A stretch of DNA of 32,000 bases, taken from the NCBI GenBank assembly GCA_003345555.1, contig PRDJ01000037.1:1-32000 (forward strand), given 5' to 3'. The DNA comes from Candidatus Thorarchaeota archaeon (GTDB lineage Archaea; Asgardarchaeota; Thorarchaeia; Thorarchaeales; Thorarchaeaceae). How positions within the stretch are numbered: the stretch's first letter is position 1; each line of letters begins with the position of its first letter. The notes under the pieces were generated by a model. It searched no databases. It saw only the letters and a program-made list of their open reading frames with translations, and was not told where the DNA came from. Positions 1 to 7,964 of this stretch are shown piece by piece. The translations under genes were made by a program, and so were the position numbers.

Positions 1-99
1 GCGTCCACGTATGTTCCGACTGCTGCTTCTGTCATGATCTCCCTTTGGCTGCTCATCCTGCCATTGCATGCGATCGTAGATCGCAAGTACAGACAATGA
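1..99 (+). CDS. 3' end of a protein with a C-terminal TM anchor (partial, starts before the window)
   Basis: Frame 1 reads ASTYVPTAASVMISLWLLILPLHAIVDRKYRQ* with TGA at 97-99. A hydrophobic stretch is followed by basic residues. Confidence 0.6.
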   Translation, partial: ASTYVPTAASVMISLWLLILPLHAIVDRKYRQ

Positions 100-150
100 C
101 TGGTCAGCCTTGATGCAACGTCGAGGTCTAGTGAGCGTGTAACGCTTTGT

Positions 151-501
151 TCATCTGAAGAGCCAGACGACGTCAACAGAGCTGACATCGGATAGCGAAA
201 TCACGGAGCTCACTGTGCCTCGGACCACTATGATCGAGTGAAGCGGCGGTGAGGATCCTGACCAAATGAAGCCAAGGGTGTTGCTGCCGCCGACTACCGT
301 AATCGTGTGCGCATTGCCCAATCGAAGAGTTAGCTCTCCCTTGACAGTCACCTGCGTGCCAATGGCAATATCGCCGTTGTTGATGTCAATTATGCTCGTT
401 GTACCAATCAGCCCGTCATGTGAAGCGATAATCCCAAGACCTCCAATCAAGACTATGACCAAGAGAATCACGATATTGCGCTTTGACTTGCTTTTTGGCA
501 T
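151..501 (-). CDS. Small membrane-anchored protein, possibly OB-fold (116 aa)
   Basis: ATG at 501 gives MPKSKSKR, then a TM helix (NIVILLVIVLIGGLGIIA) and a beta-rich domain (GTQVTVKGELT ... IIVVRGTV) typical of small extracytoplasmic OB folds. The OB-fold call is inference. Confidence 0.6.
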   Translation of the reverse strand: MPKSKSKRNIVILLVIVLIGGLGIIASHDGLIGTTSIIDINNGDIAIGTQVTVKGELTLRLGNAHTITVVGGSNTLGFIWSGSSPPLHSIIVVRGTVSSVISLSDVSSVDVVWLFR

Positions 502-708
502 GCTCAATTCAACCGATGGAACAGTGAGTCTCGCCTCTAATGAATGTGGTGGGCCGCTATCATCGGGAGGTCTTTTCCCTGGTTGGTCGGTGACAGAACT
601 CACACATGAATGCTTTCTTCCCTCACCTACCGACATCAGTATCCTTTAATTTGGGTCTACACTTTCCATGATGTTGGAGGAACGGGCATAGTTGAGGAGA
701 AACATAAC

Positions 709-1125
709 ATGAAGAGACCTGTCTGGATTTGCCTGGTCGGCATGTTCGTTGCTTTGACGGGGGAGACCGGCATCATTCTTTCATTCATTTCCCAGATCGC
801 TCCAGAAACGCTATCGATGATCTTTAGACTTTCATGGTCGGTACTCCTCGTCGCCGGTCTGATATTGAGTGCCGCGTATGTCGACTGGAAACGGAAAGTC
901 AATCCTTCAGCTGGAGTGGGGCTGTTCTTGATTGGTTCTGTTGGCTATTTTCTGATGGTTCAGTTCGTCATTGGACATGCATTCCTCTCAACCCTTATAG
1001 AAATCCTTCTCATAGCAAATTTCTCTTTGATTGCGTGGGCCGGCATTTGTCTAGCAGTGTTCGCCTTGTATCGGACACTGGGCAAGCCCAATCCCACGGA
1101 CCCTGCCGGGCAATCGAGCGGCTAA
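709..1125 (+). CDS. Hypothetical 4-TM membrane protein (138 aa)
   Basis: GAGGAG at about 694-699 precedes ATG 709. Four hydrophobic segments are present. Confidence 0.7.
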   Translation: MKRPVWICLVGMFVALTGETGIILSFISQIAPETLSMIFRLSWSVLLVAGLILSAAYVDWKRKVNPSAGVGLFLIGSVGYFLMVQFVIGHAFLSTLIEILLIANFSLIAWAGICLAVFALYRTLGKPNPTDPAGQSSG

Positions 1126-1285
1126 AGACATAACCAAGGACAACCACAAGGACGATATCGAGACCTCCTGAGCACCTCTATTACATGGACGACCGAGCAG
1201 GTGTCTCTAGCTCCCGCGCAGGACATGGTAGTCCAAAACAGTTACATTCTGATGCAGCAATTCGGCACCAAGCGAGGCATTTTGC

Positions 1286-2506
1286 GTGAAAGCAGCTGAA
1301 CAGTACGTGCAATTGTGTGGCAGAGTCGGCAATCTTAGCAGAAGCCTCACTGGTGTAAGCATTGTCGACGCGTACTTCGGTCCGCCTAGTCTAGCCCCGG
1401 AGAAGCAAGCCGAGCGCACGGAGCCAGAGTCGATCCTGCAGGATATTGGCTCGCTAATCGACATAGTCAAGGGCAGTATTCGAAACGAATTGAGGAGGGA
1501 GTATCTCCTAGGCGAGATTGGTTCCCTCCAAACGGTAGTTGAGTGGCTGAGCGGCGCTGACATCTCCTATGGTCAGCTTGTGAAACGTCTCTTCAGCATC
1601 GATATGAAGGCCTACCCGGAGAGCGTTATCGATCAACAGATGCAGCGCGTCAGTGAGGCTTTTGCTGTTTTTCCCGGAGCTGATGTGAGGGATAGAGTCG
1701 ACCGATTCATGACGACCGGAGAGCTCAGAGGCGAGCCTTTGAGGTATCTAATCGAGGGTGAGCTTCAAGACAAGGTCTCCGAGGTCGGCCGCCTGTTTAA
1801 GGAGAGAGTCTTCTCCAAAATCGGGGGACGCATACGCGACAACGGAGTTCGCTACAAGGCAGTGACCGACAAGCCTTGGGGCGGCTACAACTACTATCTG
1901 GGCGGTTTCAAGTCGATGAATGAGTTCAACGTTGATCATCCAATGAACCGAGAAGTGTCATTATCAGTCATCTATCATGAATACGAACACCATGTCAATA
2001 ATCTATGTCGGGAGCGCGCTTACCTCAAGAATCGGTATGCTGAGCTGAGCGTCGTCCCGCTTCACACCGGACGCAGCGTGATATCCGAAGGCACAGCCGA
2101 TTCTGCAAAGGAGTTCTTAGGAATAGCTGACGAGAGTCCAACGGCAACAGCAATGGAAGTGCTCAGCACGCTGAGGAGAATGGTCTCGATCAATGCAGCA
2201 ATCATGATGAACGATCGCGGTCTCGGAATAGAGGATGTTGCTCCATATATTGCTGAGCGGGGATTGAGGACAGCAGATTCTGCAAAAGCGACAACCGACT
2301 TCTTCAAGCCCAAGACAGACGATGGCCGTGTCAACATCTGGGCTCCGTACGTGTTCACATATCATGTTGGAAAGACAGACTTTGTCATGCCCACGTTCGA
2401 CAAGGCAGTAGAGAGAGGGTTACTTGCAGATTTCTTCAAGGTCCTCTACCTGAATCCGTTCTCAGGATCCAGCGTCACTTGGAATATCGCGTTTGACTGG
2501 TTGTGA
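1286..2506 (+). CDS. DUF885-related putative zinc metallopeptidase (406 aa)
   Basis: Motifs VDAYFGP, HEYEHH..CR, SEGTAD and YVFTYHVG recall the actinobacterial DUF885-like family. An HExxH is present with a downstream Glu (EG). Confidence 0.65.
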   Translation: MKAAEQYVQLCGRVGNLSRSLTGVSIVDAYFGPPSLAPEKQAERTEPESILQDIGSLIDIVKGSIRNELRREYLLGEIGSLQTVVEWLSGADISYGQLVKRLFSIDMKAYPESVIDQQMQRVSEAFAVFPGADVRDRVDRFMTTGELRGEPLRYLIEGELQDKVSEVGRLFKERVFSKIGGRIRDNGVRYKAVTDKPWGGYNYYLGGFKSMNEFNVDHPMNREVSLSVIYHEYEHHVNNLCRERAYLKNRYAELSVVPLHTGRSVISEGTADSAKEFLGIADESPTATAMEVLSTLRRMVSINAAIMMNDRGLGIEDVAPYIAERGLRTADSAKATTDFFKPKTDDGRVNIWAPYVFTYHVGKTDFVMPTFDKAVERGLLADFFKVLYLNPFSGSSVTWNIAFDWL

Positions 2507-2562
2507 GCAAAGCCCTAGTCACTTTCTCTTCAGGAGCCCATTCTTCCAATCTCGGGTGCCGA

Positions 2563-3585
2563 CTATTCCTTCATTCGCAGAGCACCGTTCTCCATTATGA
2601 TTCTTGACCGGCCGTCTGCATACGTAATAGTCACTGTTGGCTTGCCAACGAGGAAGTCCTGATGCGTGGCCGAGTTATTCGCCACGACGCCCGGGTAATC
2701 CATGTTGTTTCCGAATGCCACATGGATTGCATTGCCAATCTTCTCGGACTCGAGAAACTCTCTGACAATCCTTGCCTTGGGATTGAGACCAATGGCGAAC
2801 TCGCCCACATGCTTGGCCATCTCATCAGTCGCCTGTGTCTGTTCTATCGCCTTGAGCACTTCCTTGTCGTCAGTGTCGAGTTTAACGACGAGACCGTTCT
2901 TCACTTCGATTCGTACTGGCCTCTTCAGTGCTCCGGCGCCTCCTCCGTATGCTAGGTCGCAAACAAGTGTTCCCTGCATTGCGGTCTCGACGGGCCCGAC
3001 CAGTACCTCGCCCGTAGGTAGGTTCATCCATTTCATGGTCTTCCAGTCCACGTAGGTATCAGAGAACCAAGTCCGACCCTTTACGCTGAGAGTGAAATCA
3101 GAACCGGCAGGAGCTGTAACGCGAACTGAAGTCACATCCTGTAGAAGAGCGATGAGGTCCCGGGCCTCTGATTGCATCTTGACATGCTGCTCCTTGGTCA
3201 TTGCTAGTGCTCCATCCGTGAGCATGTCCATGGTGATTCCCGGACAGTGCCCCAACCTAGAACGCCCCTTCCTCGTCTCAAGCTTGATGATCTTGATTCT
3301 GAAGGGCGTCTCCTGAGAGGGTCCCCGTAGCGTATTGATGAATACGTCCGGTTGGTTTGCTCCGTTTATCATTTCTATGAGGTGGTCAGGGACTGCAGAC
3401 CTGAATGTGTTCTCCTGCGTTGTCAACACAACCATTCTTGTCCATAAGCCGAGTTCAACTGCTCCCTGTGCAAAAGCTCTGCCAACGTCGCTTCTCACGT
3501 CGTCTGTCACAACTAGCAGAGATTCTCCTGGTCTCGCTTCCAGCACCGCCTCAAGGGCATTAGCAGCTGCTGTCTTTGGTTCCAA
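2563..3585 (-). CDS. Aminopeptidase, thermophilic metalloprotease family M29 (aminopeptidase T/II-like)
   Basis: NLPTGEV, GEFAIGLNP, EK, HVAFGNN and HQD metal-binding motifs. TTG start with a GAGGAAG SD. Confidence 0.9.
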   Translation of the reverse strand: MEPKTAAANALEAVLEARPGESLLVVTDDVRSDVGRAFAQGAVELGLWTRMVVLTTQENTFRSAVPDHLIEMINGANQPDVFINTLRGPSQETPFRIKIIKLETRKGRSRLGHCPGITMDMLTDGALAMTKEQHVKMQSEARDLIALLQDVTSVRVTAPAGSDFTLSVKGRTWFSDTYVDWKTMKWMNLPTGEVLVGPVETAMQGTLVCDLAYGGGAGALKRPVRIEVKNGLVVKLDTDDKEVLKAIEQTQATDEMAKHVGEFAIGLNPKARIVREFLESEKIGNAIHVAFGNNMDYPGVVANNSATHQDFLVGKPTVTITYADGRSRIIMENGALRMKE

Positions 3586-3700
3586 AGTCTCTTCCTCGAT
3601 TTCGTGTGTTGACCTAACCCTGCTTTATACTCTTAGGGTGAACGCCAATAGAAGAAAAGACAGGGCGGTGGCTGGAGCACCATCGCCCACAAAGGTTTCA

Positions 3701-5101
3701 TTAGCTGCCACTGCGCTTTGCGGCGTTGTATGCTGACTCGAGTTCTCTACTCATGTCGGCTGAGAACGCTGTCTTGCCAGTGATTTCTCCTTCTTGCCGC
3801 CGAATGAACACATAGAGTAAGGTCACATACACAATGTCGAAAGTGCGTAGCACTAGACTGCAAGGGATTGCGGCGAACACGATGAAGATCACGGCAAGCA
3901 CCAGCGCGGTTATGAGGTCACCTGATGATACGACCCACCCGATTGCCGCGCCGCCTACTGCAAAAGCAATGAAGAATATCAATGCGAGCACTCCGAAAGC
4001 CCAACGTACTGCGCTTTCTTTGATCATCACATCGACGAAGTTCTTTCGAACTAGACCCGCACTCCTCTTGATGCCCGCCCTTGCACCGAGTCCCTCGGCG
4101 ACCATTGCTGGAATTGTGAAGTAGTTGACAAGGGCCCAGATCCAGCCAATGATTCCACCCGCCGCTCTGCCAACAGCTTCGCCTCCGGCGCCTCCGACCT
4201 GCCGTCCTGCCCTCTGCAGGGCGATTCTGACCAGGACTATGACAACGCTCATGATTGCGAGAGCTGCTAGTCCGGCCACTACGCCAAGCGATGCTTTCAC
4301 TCCGTCTCCGAGAGTTGGGTCCTGCCCTCTCATGTAGATATACACGATTCCTGAGCTTGCGCCATATGCGATGTTGTAGAAGAAAAGAGTCGTGAATAGG
4401 TAGAGCAGCAACCCAATACCGACGGAGGCTTCGCTCTCCACAGTCCAAGGTACGGTGCCCAGCAGCACGTCAATTCCGGCAAACTGGAATATGATTGCCC
4501 CAAAGAGCACTGCCGAAATGAGAGTGAATATCATCGTGAAAAGCGGTGGGACAAAAACCCCCTTTTCATCAAGACAAACTTGCCCTGTCAGCTTGATGAT
4601 TTGTCCGGCGCGTCGTATCCTGTCTTTGAAAACCGTGAACAGGAGCAACGTTGTGAACAGAGTCAGGAGCCCCGGTATCATGATTGGCCAGTTTGCGACA
4701 AGATCGCCCAACGAGAGCTGGCCGGTTGCTAGGACCAGAATCACGATTCCCCATGTCATCAAATTCATAAAGAGAGCACCGACGTAAATGAGGGTTCCAC
4801 CAAGCCTCCGAGCCAGAACTGATGCTCCTACGGCAATCAAGACTCCAAAGAGAAAGAGCCCGCCGACAACTAAGGCGACACCGTACAGGCTTGTGGTCAG
4901 GATACTGGGTAGGTCTAGGGTCGCTACTATGCTCATTATCAAAGGCACGACTTCGGTTATGAATTTCGGCCAGAGTTGCCATATTGAATATACGCCCAAG
5001 ATAACAAAGCCACCAAAAACAATCAAGATGGCAGCTATCGCTCTGCTGTGACTTGGGTACTTCTTCTTCTCATAGTAATCAATAAGGTCCACATCTGTCA
5101 A
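3701..5101 (-). CDS. 10-TM membrane protein, choline-transporter-like (CTL/SLC44/Pns1) or DUF6159-related
   Basis: About 10 hydrophobic helices. DUF6159-like segments (DPTLGDG; YFTIPAMVAEG...IKRS) and CTL-like RIRRAGQIIKLTGQV...P. TTG start with a TAGGAG SD. Confidence 0.6.
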   Translation of the reverse strand: MTDVDLIDYYEKKKYPSHSRAIAAILIVFGGFVILGVYSIWQLWPKFITEVVPLIMSIVATLDLPSILTTSLYGVALVVGGLFLFGVLIAVGASVLARRLGGTLIYVGALFMNLMTWGIVILVLATGQLSLGDLVANWPIMIPGLLTLFTTLLLFTVFKDRIRRAGQIIKLTGQVCLDEKGVFVPPLFTMIFTLISAVLFGAIIFQFAGIDVLLGTVPWTVESEASVGIGLLLYLFTTLFFYNIAYGASSGIVYIYMRGQDPTLGDGVKASLGVVAGLAALAIMSVVIVLVRIALQRAGRQVGGAGGEAVGRAAGGIIGWIWALVNYFTIPAMVAEGLGARAGIKRSAGLVRKNFVDVMIKESAVRWAFGVLALIFFIAFAVGGAAIGWVVSSGDLITALVLAVIFIVFAAIPCSLVLRTFDIVYVTLLYVFIRRQEGEITGKTAFSADMSRELESAYNAAKRSGS

Positions 5102-5313
5102 GGAATGTGTCTCCTAAGACTAAGTGTCCTTTCTTGAAACATAGTCAGTAGTTAAAGTTTGGGAAACTCAAGGAATAATGGGGCCGATTCTGACCTGCCA
5201 AGCCGGCGAGGAGTTCGCGGCTCAGGACTGCCGCAGCGTCGTCCCGCTATCGGCCCGAATGTGTCCCCGAAAAGACAAGATATTTGAGGCCAGAATGTGA
5301 ATGTCATTCGGAT

Positions 5314-5787
5314 ATGCAAGATATTCTCTACCGGGAGCCAGGGCGGCTTATCAGTACAATCAAGACCATAGTCCTGCCGGTCGATGGCAGCAGGAACGCC
5401 GCTCGGGCGGCTACAGTTGCCTTTGAGCTTGCTGAGATGATGGGCGCAAAGTTGCTCATAGTCCATGTGGTTGACCTTGGTGCTGTCCAGCAGGTCGCCA
5501 AGTCATCGGGATCTGACTTCCTGTCCGCTCTTCAGCAATACGTAACCAACGGCAACAAGCTTCTGGATGGCTACAAGTCTGCAGCGTCCGGCTACAAGCT
5601 TCAGACAGAGCTGATACTCGAAAGGGGCGAACCATCTGACAAGATCGTTCACGTGGCAAATGAGAGAAAGGCGGATATCATAGTCATTGGCTCTCAAGGT
5701 CTAGGACGGGAAGACAGAACGCATATCGGTGGCACGACTGACTTGGTAACCCACAAGGCTGGATGCGCTGTGCTGATAGTCAAGTAG
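5314..5787 (+). CDS. Universal stress protein (UspA family)
   Basis: IVLPVDGS, LLIVHV, G..IV..A, DIIVIGSQG, GGTT..V...A.CAVLIVK. The start codon is uncertain. Confidence 0.92.
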   Translation: MQDILYREPGRLISTIKTIVLPVDGSRNAARAATVAFELAEMMGAKLLIVHVVDLGAVQQVAKSSGSDFLSALQQYVTNGNKLLDGYKSAASGYKLQTELILERGEPSDKIVHVANERKADIIVIGSQGLGREDRTHIGGTTDLVTHKAGCAVLIVK

Positions 5788-5796
5788 TCTTACTGA

Positions 5797-6030
5797 CCAC
5801 ATGCAAATGACACGCTCAACAACGGGGCCACTTCACCAACCTACCCGTACATCGTGCAGTCTTCAACGAAGACAACTACAACAACGACTACTACAACCAC
5901 GACGACGCAGCCCGGTTCTGACTTCGTAAGACTTGCATCTTCCGTGGGTATAATCTTGGCCCTAGTGCTGATTCCGGCCTTTATCGCAATGACAAAGCGT
6001 GCGAGGCGTCAGCCGAAACAGACAGGTTGA
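5797..6030 (+). pseudogene. Orphan C-terminal fragment: Thr12 linker, TM helix and basic tail with no proper start
   Basis: Frame 1 after TGA 5794-5796 reads PHANDTLNNGATSPTYPYIVQSSTK-T12-QPGSDFVRLASSVGIILALVLIPAFIAMTKRARRQPKQTG* (TGA 6028-6030). The only start candidate before the linker is GTG 5854. Confidence 0.55.
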
Positions 6031-6133
6031 TTTGGTATTGATTTCCATTTACCGGGGGCAGCCAATGAGTGCTGCCCTCCTCGTTGCCGAGCAACGTGCG
6101 GAGTACCAGAATCAATCTCACGAAGGACGGAAC

Positions 6134-6499
6134 ATGAAGCAGGTTGCCAGCTTTGCACTTCGCTTGGATAATGGGAATGGCCGACAAAGCAAGGCATCGC
6201 AGAACCAGCTACCTGTTCAGGTTCTTATTGATGGTACAAACACAATAGTCGTCATTGACTGTCAATGCTGCAAAGAGCTGCTGGCAAGCAGGCTGCCCGG
6301 CGGGGTTTTGATACCTATCGCATCTGCGCTCAAGGATTTCTTCGAGGACCATGGCATGAGAAACGTAGGTGTCAAAGCGAGCGGGCCTCTCATGAGGCGA
6401 ACCTACAAAGGTGTCATCGATGGTTCGATCCTCGATGACATGAAGAGACTACTTGAGAATGCTGTATCAGAGTTCTCGAGCAAGCGCAAGTCGAGCTAA
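6134..6499 (+). CDS. Hypothetical protein with a CxCC motif (121 aa)
   Basis: A GAAGGA purine tract precedes ATG 6134. The protein contains IDCQCCKELL. No family recognised. Confidence 0.65.
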   Translation: MKQVASFALRLDNGNGRQSKASQNQLPVQVLIDGTNTIVVIDCQCCKELLASRLPGGVLIPIASALKDFFEDHGMRNVGVKASGPLMRRTYKGVIDGSILDDMKRLLENAVSEFSSKRKSS

Positions 6500-6551
6500 C
6501 GCTCGAAACGCCAGGTCGCATGAGCGGCCATGAAACAAGATCTCGATGTCG

Positions 6552-6624
6552 TTTGTCTCTGTCTATTCTCGTCAAGAGACAAAAGAAGCTAGGTAGTAGG
6601 AGAGACAGTGGGTCAACTCCTACT
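6552..6624. terminator. Two hairpins between convergent genes
   Basis: TTTGTCTCT 6552-6560 pairs with AGAGACAAA 6575-6583 (9 bp). AGTAGGAG 6595-6602 pairs with CTCCTACT 6617-6624 (8 bp). Confidence 0.5.
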
Positions 6625-6636
6625 CCCAATCGAAGA

Positions 6637-7722
6637 CTATTGATTCTTGGCCTGAAAGTCCTTGAGGAACTCAGCAAGTGCTTTAGTTGCCTCAATCGTC
6701 ACGGCATTGTAAAGTGATGCGCGCATGCCTCCAACTGAGCGATGGCCCTTGAGTCCAATCAGCCCCTTGGCTGTCGCTTCCTTTGCACAGTTCTCCTCAA
6801 GTTGTTCATTCGCCAGTCTGAAAGTTACGTTCATCCGGCTTCTGGAATCGGGCTGCGCATGGCCTTTGTAGAATCCCTTGGACTTGTCGATCACGTCATA
6901 GATGATTTTGGCCTTCTCAATGTTCATCTTCTCGATTGCGGGGATGCCTCCGATCTGTTTCATGTATTCAAGCCAGAGCTTACAGATGTAAACTGCAAAC
7001 ACTGGCGGAGTGTTGTATAGGGAATTCTCCTTCGCGTGTGTGCTCCACTTCAACATTGAGGGGACCTTTTCAGGAACGCGTGTCAGCAGATCCTCTCTTA
7101 CAATTACTGCACATACGCCTGCAGGACCGACGTTCTTCTGCGCTCCAGCATAGATTACGCCGAATTTCTTGGGGTCAATAACGCGCGACAGAAAATCGGA
7201 TGAGGCATCGCATACAAGTGGCACCTCTTTAGGCACCTGAGGTATGTATGGCCATTCTACTCCATGGATTGTCTCGTTCATGGTCATGTGGGCGAATGCT
7301 GTGTTGGCCGAGAATGCAACATTCTTCGGTATATAGGAGAACTTCTTGTCTTCCGAAGAGGCTACAACTTTGGTTTCGCCGTACAGCTTCGCTTCGGCTA
7401 TCGCTTTCTGAGCCCACGTACCTGTCAAAGCGTACTCCATCGGTTTACCCGGTAGCTGGAGGTTGAGCGGAACCATGAAGAACTGGGTCGATGCACCACC
7501 ACCCAACCACAGAACCTTGTAGTCGCTTGGCAGGCCCATGGCCGCACGCAAGAGGTCAGTGGCGTCTTGGTTGATCTTCTCATATTCCTTGGAACGGTGA
7601 GATATCTCCAAGACAGACATGCCCGTTCCTGCATAGTCGAGCAACTCATCTCTGGCTTTTTCCAAGACGGGCAGAGGAAGACCCGCTGGGCCGGGGTTGA
7701 AGTTGAATACTCTCTTTCCCAT
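6637..7722 (-). CDS. serC: Phosphoserine aminotransferase (bacterial-type SerC)
   Basis: NFNPGPA, EISHRS, GGASTQF, DASS, GAQKNVGPAG (PLP Lys), NTPP, SRMNV, GHRSVGGMRASLYN. AGGTGA SD before ATG 7722. Confidence 0.95.
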   Translation of the reverse strand: MGKRVFNFNPGPAGLPLPVLEKARDELLDYAGTGMSVLEISHRSKEYEKINQDATDLLRAAMGLPSDYKVLWLGGGASTQFFMVPLNLQLPGKPMEYALTGTWAQKAIAEAKLYGETKVVASSEDKKFSYIPKNVAFSANTAFAHMTMNETIHGVEWPYIPQVPKEVPLVCDASSDFLSRVIDPKKFGVIYAGAQKNVGPAGVCAVIVREDLLTRVPEKVPSMLKWSTHAKENSLYNTPPVFAVYICKLWLEYMKQIGGIPAIEKMNIEKAKIIYDVIDKSKGFYKGHAQPDSRSRMNVTFRLANEQLEENCAKEATAKGLIGLKGHRSVGGMRASLYNAVTIEATKALAEFLKDFQAKNQ

Positions 7723-7812
7723 TCTATTCACCTAGATTCGCTTTGTACAAATCCCATAGCAAGCTGCTGATTTGGGACGCTTAATGCTTGAGGAATCTCC
7801 CCAATAGCACCG

Positions 7813-7818
7813 ATATAA
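7813..7818 (-). promoter_or_regulatory. Possible TATA box for serC
   Basis: TTATAT on the minus strand, about 90 nt upstream of the serC ATG. Confidence 0.35.
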
Positions 7819-7903
7819 GATGCTCGGAGCAGGGCCCTTCCGAGCCCTTCTACCCACACCAGTAGACACGCCGAGGGGCGAGAATCCGGGGTCATCTGTC
7901 CAG

Positions 7904-7950
7904 TCCTGTACACGGGCATCGCCCGTGAAACACGAAACTTGTACGCAGGA
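7904..7950 (-). terminator. Hairpin just downstream of the DUF1015 stop
   Basis: CACGGGC 7911-7917 pairs with GCCCGTG 7921-7927, inside TCCTG 7904-7908 / CAGGA 7946-7950. Confidence 0.4.
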
Positions 7951-7964
7951 GCTGAACCCGTCTA

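Noticed and set aside
5785-5796. Pyrrolysine/selenocysteine read-through fusing uspA to the downstream TM tail
   Set aside because: It would need both TAG and TGA to be decoded. The Usp domain ends at its normal C-terminus (VLIVK), and a cytoplasmic Usp with an outside Thr linker makes no topological sense.
5872-5907. ACN tandem repeat as a CRISPR or microsatellite
   Set aside because: It is an in-frame poly-Thr codon run with varied third positions, and there are no spacers.
6607-6628. tRNA T-arm-like GTGGGTCAACTCCTAC
   Set aside because: The loop is 6 nt without TTC, there are no D or anticodon arms, and it is better explained as a terminator hairpin between convergent genes.
7822-7845. 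SECIS-like hairpin (GCTCGGA/TCCGAGC, with GAA on the minus strand)
   Set aside because: It lacks the GAA/A internal loop plus 3-bp GC upper stem geometry, and neighbouring genes have no in-frame TGA.
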